NCBI GenBank assembly: GCA_031835245.2
Contig: JAVKOQ020000072.1
Location: 186,001-207,166 of the forward strand
Reading direction: 5' to 3'
DNA length: 21,166 nucleotides
Origin: Balamuthia mandrillaris
Lineage: Eukaryota
Under the pieces are notes generated by a model that had not been told where the DNA came from, made no database searches, and saw only the letters and a program-made list of their open reading frames with translations. The position numbers and the translations under genes were made by a program. Within the stretch, counting starts at the first letter, position 1. Every line of letters starts with the position of its first letter. This document shows positions 1 through 9,280 of the stretch, piece by piece.

Positions 1-1911
1 TAATTGTTCCACCCACTCGGGGACTTGTTCCTTATCAGCGAACTGTTGTATGTCGTTGTCTTTGATGACACCAAACTCCTCCGCGGGATTGTCTTGGGTC
101 GTGAGACGAAGAAGCAATTTCTGAGAACTCAACAGCATGCCCTGAGTTCCTGAACGGGAAGTACGTTGCCCCTTTCTGTCTTCCCCTTCCTGGGTGAGGA
201 ATCCTTGAAAATCTGTGTAATATTCGTCAACTGTGTAGCTTTGTTCTCTATCAGTGATCTGCGGTGATGTATCTTCCTCGTGCTTTGGTTTCCTGCTCTG
301 CCATTTTTTGCTCCTCTTCTTTTCCTCTTTCGAAGCTTTAAGCTCTTCTTGCTTTCTCAACATCTTCTCTCGTTTCTCGTGGAACTTTTCTTCCATCTTT
401 CGGTAAAGCTCCTCCATTTCCTCCCTTTTCTTTTCTCGTTCGAAATTTCTACTTTGTATCTGCCTTCTTCTTTCCAAACCAGCCTTCCTCTTTTCTTTAA
501 GCTGCTTTCTCTTTTCACAATCTGGATGCTCTTCATCAGATTCTTCCTCGTCGTATTCTTCTTCTTCGTCATCGGCATACTCTTCTTCCTCCGCCTCTTG
601 TGGCTTGTGACTCAAAAACGTGGAGCTGCCGTTGGACTTAGTGGATGAACCTTGCGAGCGAGATCCTTTCAGGAAGTGTACCCCACTTTCGCTAAAAAAA
701 AGATCCAAATCCCGATGAGAGTCTTCGGCATAGGCTCCTTTGCCCCCGAGAGTGATCTTCTTGGCTTGAGGGATATGCTCCAATAAGGTAGTTTCAAAGT
801 CCTCGTAAGATATAAGTCCATCCACATCTTTATCCAACAATTCGAAGAGAGTATCCACCAACTCCACAAAGTTTTCTGGCCTTATTTGAAGAGAATTTTC
901 TTTGATGGATTCCTGCAGCATCTCCTCTAGCTCTTCGTATGTCACAAAGCCATCCCCATCCACATCGTAAATACTAAAGGCGTCTACAAATCAAGCATAA
1001 TAAAACAAAAAGTCAGGGAAAAAAAAAGATTAAATGCTGGACAAGAGAGCTTGGATATAAAAGACATAAGACATGAGGACATCAGTAAACGTACATCTTA
1101 GCTTGGTAGTAGGATCTGAATTAGAGAGAGGAGACAGAGCAATGACACCATCCAGAAACTCTCTGACGTTGATGCGACCGGTGCCGTGTGTATCAAAAGC
1201 ATGATAGAGGCTGTCCGCCTGTTTGTTCGAATTTCAGAAATCCAGTTTGACGAGAACCATACACAAAGAGAGAGAGAGAGAGAGAGAGATCACGATGGTA
1301 CCAGCTTATCCGATTTGATGCCCAACAGCTCTTTGAACTGCTGTTTTTCTATCATATACAGAAACTCCTCGCCTTTACCGTCCAGCTTCTTGCCTCTCCT
1401 GGCTAACTTCTTAGTGAGGCTGGCCACGCGTCTGCTGCCGCTGCTTCGACCACCGCTGCAGGAGGAACGTTCATTTGTGCTGCTGCCGCATCTGTTCTTG
1501 TTGTTGTTCTGTTGTTGCACGTGTTCCGAAGGCATCGAACAGCTGGTATTGCTGCGGCTGGAACCACCTTCTCCCTCCTCAGCACTACTATACATAGAGT
1601 CCTCCTCCAAGTGGAAGGAGGTATGTTCGGTGAGGTACGTGTTCAGCTGTTGTTCCTCCAACCCACGAAACCTTTTGAGAAAGTCTTGTATCCATTGTTC
1701 ATCCACTGGAGTACATTACAAAGCAGAATATGGTTAGGAAACCAAAGTTAAGAGAACTAGGGTAGAGCATGAAATATAATATAGAAAACATACCATGAAC
1801 CTGCCGCACAAAGTGTTTCAACTCCTCTTTTTTGATCTGTGGGCGAGACCCAGCCAACACATCCGGATCTCTCACGCAGAGGCCATCCGCCAAGCTCCCA
1901 AGTTGGCTCAT
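1..1911 (-). CDS. EF-hand Ca2+-binding protein, N-terminus resembling the NOX5/NoxC-type NADPH oxidase EF-hand domain (partial; continues beyond the left edge)
   Basis: Predicted exons (-): 1794-1911, 1302-1705, 1095-1218 and 1-983, with GT-AG introns and consistent phases. The last exon has no stop up to the window edge and is absent from the ORF track. Spliced protein: ...DEQWIQDFLKRF...QFKELLGIKSDKLADSLYHAFDTHGTGRINVREFLDGV...KLRYAFSIYDVDGDGFVTYEELEEMLQESIKENSLQI...LVDTLFELLDKDVDGLISYEDFE. This gives three recognisable EF loops in a NOX5/calcineurin-B-like arrangement, followed by an acidic tract and a charged coiled-coil. The EF-hand call is strong; the NOX identity is unproven because no oxidase domain lies in the window. 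Confidence 0.8.
1266..1289. repeat. (GA)n microsatellite in an intron of the EF-hand gene
   Basis: Directly visible agagagag run inside predicted intron 1219-1301. Confidence 0.9.
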
Positions 1912-2247
1912 GGTGCGATTTCTACTTGAACAACAGCTGGTGATGGCTGGCTGATATCGCTACACTCTATACTACGACGTCCGAAGAGCAAGGGGTGTCC
2001 TCCTTCTCTCCTGCGAGTAACAGTGTTTGAGCTACGCTACGAAAAGAAAGGAGGCCAAGCAGCAGCAGCAAAGTTTCGGGGAAAAGCAAACCCTTGCACA
2101 AACATACACATCTGGACAACAGGGTTCCCAACGCCCCATGGGTGGGGCAGGCGATAAGATAGCGGGGGAGGGCACAGCAGCAGACCCGATAAAAAACAGC
2201 GAGCCTACAGGACCTCCATGAGTTTTCACCGCAATCAGCTGGCACCC

Positions 2248-2271
2248 CAACCAACCAACCAACCAACCAAC
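2248..2271. repeat. (CAAC)n tetranucleotide repeat
   Basis: caaccaaccaaccaaccaaccaac in the intergenic region upstream of the EF-hand gene. Confidence 0.85.
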
Positions 2272-2571
2272 AAGGCGAGGCACGCTCCTTCCTTTTCTCC
2301 TCCTTGCTTTTCCTTTTTTCTGACGGTGGTTGTTTTCCTGCCGTGACGACACAGGAAAACTGGTCCCGTCCTCAGCAGCAATTCAGCAAGAAACCTTCTC
2401 GCGTGCTGCTGGATCTTTTTGTTGGGATTGGCCAGAGGAGGCTAAGCAGCAGCAGCACCCATTTCATTCTTGCCAGCGGCGCAAGCTAAGCCTCAGGCTA
2501 AAATGCAGAGGTACAAGCGGCGCCTGCCACGACTTTATTGTGCGACTCGATAGTAAACAATAACAAACGCT

Positions 2572-4607
2572 TTAGGCGACTTCCATATTGAGGAGCGTAA
2601 TTTGTCTGGTGAGCTTTGGGCAGTCTTCTTCGGCAACCCCCAGATATCGCATAAGCTCCTGCTCGGTGAGACTGAGCAAAACCTCTCCATCTACATGATT
2701 GCTTAAGAAGGGCTGTCTGTAGCGACTGAGACTCAACTTTTCCAACCACAGCATCACCGCCTCTGGCTTCCATCGCTTTGGCGCTGTAGCAACAACCAAC
2801 ATTCGTCAGCAAGAGAGGAGCACAGAGCGAAAAGAGGAGAGGACGTACTTTCAGCGTCGAGATCGGCCTCGCCTCGCAGATATTGAGATTGGGTTAAGGA
2901 GATACGAGCTTTGTTTTCCTCGCGCTGCAGCTTCTCTTTGTGCCTTTGGGCTAGGTAGCTCTGGATGGACTCGAGTCCTGAGGCTAGCACTTCCTTGGGT
3001 GGATCTCTCAGAGAGTTACCTTTGAAGTTCAACTCGGTAAGGTTCTTCATGTTACCAAGAGCCAACGGCAGGGAGTGAAGATTGTTGTTCTCGAGCTCCA
3101 ACACCTTGAGAGATTGCATCTGTCCAATCTGTGGAGATATCTTACGAAGGTAGTTGTCATCCAGCCGCAGATGCTCCAACTTGTCCAGCGCAAAGATGCA
3201 TTGAGGAATGCGGCGGAGGGAGTTGTTGGAGAGGTCGATGGAGACCAGATGTTGGAAGCTCTGCAGAAGGGACTCATCCATGAAGACCACCAACTTGGTA
3301 TCGGTAATGCCCAACTTGTTGAGCCGCAGTTCCGTCTTTGGAGGCTTGCCAAGCTCCTTGCGCTTCGTCAGGTTGAGCTTCCCCAACTTGCGAATGACGT
3401 CTATGATCTTTAGCGGTTTCACGAAGGAAGTGATGGCTTCGTCAAAAATAGCCTGCACGGCTGCCATGTCCGTCAAATTCGTGAGCTCAAAGTAACTATC
3501 ACAGCCAGTGTTGCGAGCCATCATCAATCCTTTGTGAGGGAAGGTTAGATTATTTTCGCTGTGCTAAAGCTAAGAAATATGAATAAACCTTGTTCGTAGC
3601 TTTCAGGATAACGTTCGGTAACGGTGGGATCTGTCATCAGTCCTACCAATATAATGGGAGCCTTGGCTTCCGAAGCTGCTTTGCGAATCCACTGTATAAG
3701 AATAAAAGAGCATGAGGGAACGGATGAACACAATTAACACCACACATGCAAGCAAAGCAAACGATGGTAAGTTACCACGCCACGTGCTGCCTCGCAGGAT
3801 TCTTTGTGCGAGATGGAAAACAAAACGATGACGACGTCCACACTGGATGGCTGCAGTGCTGTAGATTCTTCGTCGGCGGCCAGGCGCGTTATCTTTATGT
3901 AAGCGCGCTTGTTCTCGTACATCATGTATGTCTGTAGCAACGTTGAACCTTCGGCGTCACTGCCATTCTCTCCCTGCTTAAAAAAAAAAAACATATTTCA
4001 GTCGGGCGTGGTGATGATAAGAGGCCACTTGGAACGTACTACTTACCGATGAGAACGATGGATAATGAACCTGCATGTACTTGGTGGTCTGTTCAATGAG
4101 TTTCTGTTTGTATTCATCGGTGTGTTTGTCGCCAACAATAAGGCATTGGATCAGCTTGCCTTTGGCCAGCACGATTTGCTCTGAGGGAGGAAGCAGTGAG
4201 GAAACATCGTTCATCCTTTGTCCGATGCCTCTCGTCAACATCGTCTTCCTGCGGCCTTTCTTCTCATCAGGGCTGCTGCCTGGCAAAAACGCGGAGCCCT
4301 CCTTCTTCGGCTCGCTGTTGATCGAAGAGCCTCTACTCGAATGCAGGTGAAGGTCGTCGGTCGTTGCTCCTTTCTCCAAATGCGCTCTTGGCTGCGGTTA
4401 TTGAACAGAAGTCTGAGAAATCGGGAGAGAAGGGGGTGCAGAGGAGGCAATTGACGAAATAACAACGTACGCCGATTTCTGTGGCTCGTCGTGGAGACCT
4501 TACTAGAACGCCAGAAGCCGAGTGAGGGAGAAGGTGGGGAGGGGGACCCCTGGCACCTCCCAGCCGCACCGAGGAAGGAGGTGGACCCAATGTTGGAATT
4601 ACAAACT

Positions 4608-4648
<41 letters not shown>

Positions 4649-5038
4649 GAAGCAGAAGGAGAGAAAACCAGAACGAAAGAAGTCAACAATTTGGAGACAG
4701 GTAGAAAGCCAAGTTAGAAAATAAATAAGAGAGGCTGGTACCGATCCTCCCATGAGGGCAGCTTTTCTGTCCTTCATAGCTTCTTTGACCCTTTCCATGG
4801 AGTCCTGTCTTTTTAGTTTTCTATCCTCTGCTGAAATACTAGCCTCTGGCCCTTTCTCGGCCATATTTCGCAGCTGAGAGAAGGCGCTGCTGGCTTGGCC
4901 TCCTCTTGGTGACACCCTGGATACCCCTTTTGAGCTTCCAGTGGCTGCGGCCGCACCTTCCGTTGCGGATGGTTGCGTTGTTGCCGGTTCCCCGCTTGGC
5001 GAGTTGGCGGCAGAAGAGGTCTCTGTGTCTTGTTCCAT
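2572..5038 (-). CDS. Multidomain protein: low-complexity N-terminus, degenerate Rho/Rac-like GTPase fold, leucine-rich repeats and C-terminal SAM domain (~656 aa)
   Basis: Predicted exons (-): 4742-5038, 4471-4605, 4047-4391, 3776-3973, 3589-3691, 2849-3529, 2572-2783; the phases join into one frame. Rho-like segments: LIQCLIVGD, VDVVIVLFSI, APIILVG, SYEQGLMMARNTGCDSYFE, VQAIFDEAI. LRRs: LVSIDLSNNSLRRIP, LEHLRLDDNYLRKIS, LKVLELENNNLHSLP, LTELNFKGNSLRDPP. SAM: WKPEAVMLWLEKLSLSRYRQPFLSNHVDGEVLLSLTEQELMRYLGV. Confidence 0.85.
4610..4645. repeat. (GA)n microsatellite in intron 1 of the Rho-like/LRR/SAM gene
   Basis: Perfect AG run directly adjacent to the predicted acceptor at 4606-4607; it serves as the pyrimidine tract on the minus strand. 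Confidence 0.95.
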
Positions 5039-5979
5039 CTTCCTTGTTTTGACTTGAGTTTCTACTTTCTTTTTTCGCCGTTGTTCTTGCCGTGCAGGGG
5101 GAGTTCCGCGAAGAAGATCGCCACAAATGAAATGAAATGGTACCGCTCTCCTGTCCCTTAATAAAAGGATTAATAGACTGGAGAGAGGACGGATCGATCC
5201 TAAACTCCCATGTCGTCACGAAAATCAGCTGTTGCTCCCCCTCAAATTTCGTGGCAACTTCGGGCCGCCAGCTTTTCCTCCCTCTTTGGTTCTCCTCCGT
5301 CTTCATTGCAGAACAACCACTACACGGGTCAGGAAGGGAGCTGCACTCTCGGCGAGGGAGGGAAGGAAGGAGAAGGTTGTGGTAAACCCCCAAAATTTTT
5401 TGAAAAAAAAAACAAAAGGCAAACTGACTCATGGTGCATCATTGCGGCAATCATAGAATAGGATCTGCCGCTGCAAAAAGGGAATACACCCCCCACCCTA
5501 ACAACCCGTCAAACTTATCTTGCTGTTAGCAGGGCGCCCCCCCCCCAAACTCTTTTCTTCCGCTGTGTTGGCGTGCGCCCCCGCCCTAGAGGCAGGCAGC
5601 AGAACAAGTAGGGAACGGCATACATACAAAAAAACCGCCGCTCCGCTCGGACTTGCTGTGTAACAAAAGAACAAACAAACAAGCGGCGAGGGGGCAGGAG
5701 GAAGGGGCGGGACCGCAAGCAACAACATCTCACAACTCTAATATTTCCAATTTAGAAGTGAGCTGCTCCCTTTTTTGGGAGAAACCAGAAACAGTTCGAA
5801 ACCTTTTTATTTTCAAGAAGGAAGGGCCTGCCTCCTGTCTAGCTTGTTTCGGCCAACGAAGTAGAAGAGTTCGCATCCAACAAACCACACGCACACGCAC
5901 ACGCACACAAGGAGCGAGTTACTCTTCCAAAAAAAAAAACCCGAATTGCTTGGAGTCCAGAATACGTCACTGCACCGCG
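5039..5979. promoter_or_regulatory. Divergent promoter region between the Rho-like/LRR/SAM and CCCH genes
   Basis: Head-to-head genes. Inverted pair CACGAAAATC (5217-5226) and AAATTTCGTG (5244-5253), plus poly-A/T tracts. Confidence 0.4.
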
Positions 5980-7290
5980 ATGGCATCGACTTCAGCGGAA
6001 CATACGGTGGTGGCCGATGCGGAAACGGCCGAACGAAGCTCCTCTTCCTCCTCGGCCAACAGCTCGAGCAGCAACAGGAAGGAAAAGGGAAAGAAAAAGG
6101 AGTGCTGGTATGGCATTCACTGCAACAAGGCCAAGTGCGGATACAGCCATCCGCAAGGTTTTCTGCAGAGACGGCAGAGGTTAGCCGAGGAGAAACTGCT
6201 GCAGCAAGAGAGGGAGCGTACCCACACGGCCGCGCTGCACCTCCACACTACAGCCACGCTCCATCCGGAGTCGTCCGCTTCCTCGAGGCCGCTGTGGTGG
6301 AACTCCGGACTGCCCTTGTCAGCAGCCGAATGTGCCGTACCCTACGATGCTATGTCGGTAGCCGCTACCGCTTCTGCTCCATACGCCTGTCCTGGAACAA
6401 TTCCCGTGCCTGCCCTCGTACCTATGCCCGTGCAGATACCGATGGCCACTAGACCCAGGTCTGCGTCCATGCCGACGCCTACTTCCAAGCCGATGCAATC
6501 GCAACATGCGCACGACGTGCCCATGCTGCGAATAGGCAGCCAGTACCAACCCCAGCATCAGCAGCAGTATCCACAGGCCTACCACCAACCCCAGCATCCC
6601 CACGTGGTGCTGGTGGAGCGGGCTGGCACCACCTACTTTCTTGGGCATTCCCCTCGTCCCCATTATCCGACCACCCCTCATCATCATCACCATCCTCAAA
6701 GCAACCACTACTACCGTCACCAACAGGAAAATGAAGGAACTTATAACAGGGCGCCTCCTTCCATGATGATGCCCACCAGGGTACCCACTATGATGATGCC
6801 ACCTTTGGTGGTCCACGTGCCAAGCCTAACGCCTCCGTCTTCCCTTCCTACTTCGCCAAGGGATCACGCCTTGTCTTCCGCTTCCACCTCCGGTATTCCA
6901 CCTCCAGCCCCTCCTCCGTCGCCACAACCACAACCACAACCATCACAACCCTCATCATCGCCATCGCCATTGCCACCTACATCAAAATCGCCTGCCTCTA
7001 CTATTGATTCAAGTACCATCCCTACCACCTCCTCTTCCTCCTCATCCTCGTCTCCAGCTGAATCCTGTTCCTCTTTGTCGACGTCTACGACTGATTCCAG
7101 CCCCCTCTATGTTAGCTCCTCCCCCTCCTCTTCCTCTTCTCCCCCTCTTTCGTCTTCGGTTTCTACCCCTTCCTCCTCGTCCTCTCCCTCGTCTTCGGTT
7201 TCTACTTCTTCTACCTCTTCCTCGTCTTCATCTCCATCCCCTTCAGGAAGCGATGGCGCAGCGTCGTCATCGTCGCCACCACCGTCATGA
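5980..7290 (+). CDS. Single CCCH zinc-finger protein with a Pro/Gln/His- and Ser-rich disordered body (~436 aa)
   Basis: Uninterrupted ORF from ATG 5980 (MASTSAEH) to TGA 7290. Motif CWYGIHCNKAKCGYSH is C-x5-C-x4-C-x3-H (Nab2/ZC3H14-type spacing); the rest is low complexity. An AATAAA lies downstream at 7895-7900. Confidence 0.7.
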   Translation: MASTSAEHTVVADAETAERSSSSSSANSSSSNRKEKGKKKECWYGIHCNKAKCGYSHPQGFLQRRQRLAEEKLLQQERERTHTAALHLHTTATLHPESSASSRPLWWNSGLPLSAAECAVPYDAMSVAATASAPYACPGTIPVPALVPMPVQIPMATRPRSASMPTPTSKPMQSQHAHDVPMLRIGSQYQPQHQQQYPQAYHQPQHPHVVLVERAGTTYFLGHSPRPHYPTTPHHHHHPQSNHYYRHQQENEGTYNRAPPSMMMPTRVPTMMMPPLVVHVPSLTPPSSLPTSPRDHALSSASTSGIPPPAPPPSPQPQPQPSQPSSSPSPLPPTSKSPASTIDSSTIPTTSSSSSSSSPAESCSSLSTSTTDSSPLYVSSSPSSSSSPPLSSSVSTPSSSSSPSSSVSTSSTSSSSSSPSPSGSDGAASSSSPPPS

Positions 7291-8001
7291 TGTGCAACCA
7301 GCATGATAGGTAGGGCTATCACGATGGTGTAGTGCAGCAGCTGCCTCCACATCACTCTTCCCTCTCCAGCCATATGTCTATATCCATGTATCTATCGACT
7401 CTCTGTATGCGGTATACCTGTACAAAGAAGGAGCAGCAACAGCGGGTGCAGGAGGAGAAGGCTACTACTCCACCATCACCATCACCATCATCATCAGCTT
7501 CCTTTCTATGCTAGTGTTTGTTTGTACAGTACTTTACAAGGGAGCAGCCCACCCCCTCCTTTGCTGCTGCCACTGCTCCTTCTATGCTGTGGAGCACATT
7601 ATATATGTATGTATGTCTATGTATTCATTGATTGCTGTATGTATATGTTGGGAGTGCTGCTGCTGCTGTCGTTCTCACATGTGCATACACAACTCTCCCA
7701 CCGTCACGTCAACGCCACCTCCACCCACTCAACCCTCACCGCAACTCCTTTACTCCCCATCGACGTGGGCAACAGCAGCAGCAGCAGCCACAACCTTCTT
7801 GAAGAAAACAATAGTAGTCATAGAACGAGGGGGAGGAGAAGAAGGAAAGCAAAACTCACTCAGACCCCCTTTGCTCCCTCCTCCTCGTTCCTGCAATAAA
7901 CATGATGTGAAGAAGAAGGTGTTTGTTTTTTGCTCGCTTGTGGCCCACCTACTACACCCTTTCCTTGCTTCTTCAGCAAACAAACACAACCAAAAAAAAG
8001 T

Positions 8002-8092
8002 GAGGAGAGAGAAGAGAGAAGAGAAGAGAGAAGAGAGGAGAGAGAGAGGAGAGAAGAGAGAAAGAGGAGAGGAGAGAAGAGAGAGAGAAAGA
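8002..8092. repeat. Imperfect GA-rich polypurine tract upstream of the tail-anchored gene
   Basis: About 90 nt of gagagaagagagaagag... immediately 5' of ATG 8115. Confidence 0.9.
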
Positions 8093-8114
8093 GCAAACAA
8101 AAACCGCACAAAGC

Positions 8115-9085
8115 ATGTGGCGGCAGCACCAACAACAATACGAAGAAGAGGAGGTGGAGCGGCCGCCGCCCCGCTCCCGTGGGGGCAGCTATGCAGAGGA
8201 AATGCGGTTCTTTGCGGAGGTGGCGGGCCTCCTACCCGCAGACCACTCCCCACAACAGCAACAACACTTTAACCTCTGCTGGAAGAGCAAGCAAGGCAAA
8301 ACTTCCACCGCGCCCTATGCCTTTGGAACACCTCTCGGCCGTGGCTTTAAAGAAGGTGCCTCACACTCTCTTCTCTCTCTCTCTCTCTTCTTGCTCACTC
8401 ACGTTCATAACCACAACAAAAACCATGGATAGAAGCGAGCGAGAAACTTTCCATGATACCAGATCTTCGGCAAGGACAAGCTCGCGCCCTCGCCAGACCC
8501 CAAGGGCTGCCGCCAAGGGAGGACGCTGAAGAAGTGCTCTCTGGTGGGGCTCTCTCTCCAGTGTCACCCTCCCACGCAACCATCTCCGCCTCTCCTACCA
8601 GCTCCTCTTCTGTTAGTTCCAAAGTTTCCTCTTCTCGCACTCCTGCAAGGCTGGCACCCAGAAAACGATTAGAAGACTCGCTGCACCGTCCTTCTTTTGA
8701 TGCTGGGCGCTACGACTACCCCGTGCAGATACAAACGGACCCTTTGTTGCCCGTCTTGGCCCCTGCTGAGCCGCAACACAGCACCGCTTCGGCAGCAGAG
8801 GACTCTCTTCTCACTCCTCAGCTTCTAAGCAGTCCTTCTCCTCTTGCTTCCACTCCTTCTAGCGGTCTGTTGGTTCAACGGCGGAAGCGGCCGACCGCTG
8901 CTCAGGCAACCGCCACCAGCCAGCAAGCAAGGAGCTTGTTCAAAGCGCATGCTGCTGGTGGCTCGACGAGGCAAGGAGGAGGCTTGCAAGCCCTCATGTC
9001 CACAATGTCTTCGGTGGGATGGTCCACCCTGTTCTTTGTGGTGGTACTCCTCTTACTGTGGGGCGCTCTCCTTTTCGTCCTTTAA
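8115..9085 (+). CDS. Hypothetical tail-anchored membrane protein (~297 aa)
   Basis: Exons 8115-8355 and 8433-9085 join in frame across a 77-nt GT...TAG intron that has a CT tract and a GCTCAC branch-like site. The protein ends in a single hydrophobic segment at the extreme C-terminus (WSTLFFVVVLLLLWGALLFVL*). No recognisable family. Confidence 0.65.
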
Positions 9086-9280
9086 CCTTCTATTAATATT
9101 TATATACTCTTAGATTTCCTAAGGAGCAACAGGTCAGAGAGCAAGAGAGAAAAATGAAGATAACACAGGCTAAAATGCTTTTTACAACAAACCAAAATTG
9201 TTAAAAAGACAAGAGAGAACGATACTAGTTTCCTCTCTGTCTTTTTCGAAGTATAAGTGGAAAAGCTAGTACTGAAAGAG

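Noticed and set aside
280..648. Hydrophobic Phe/Leu-rich ORF that looks like a membrane protein
   Set aside because: Antisense to the Lys/Glu-rich coiled-coil exon of the EF-hand gene.
1912..2571. Short ORFs or a possible extra 5' exon of the EF-hand gene
   Set aside because: No convincing motif. An in-frame TAG lies 16 codons upstream of ATG 1911, which has good context. An upstream exon cannot be excluded but is unsupported.
2849..4160. ROCO/LRRK-type protein
   Set aside because: No Roc-COR follows the LRRs; the GTPase-like unit precedes them, is Rho-like and is degenerate.
5653..5979. N-terminal extension of the 545-aa ORF from a TTG start
   Set aside because: Non-ATG start in a eukaryote; the sequence looks like promoter/5' UTR (poly-A, GCACAC repeats). 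The first ATG is at 5980.
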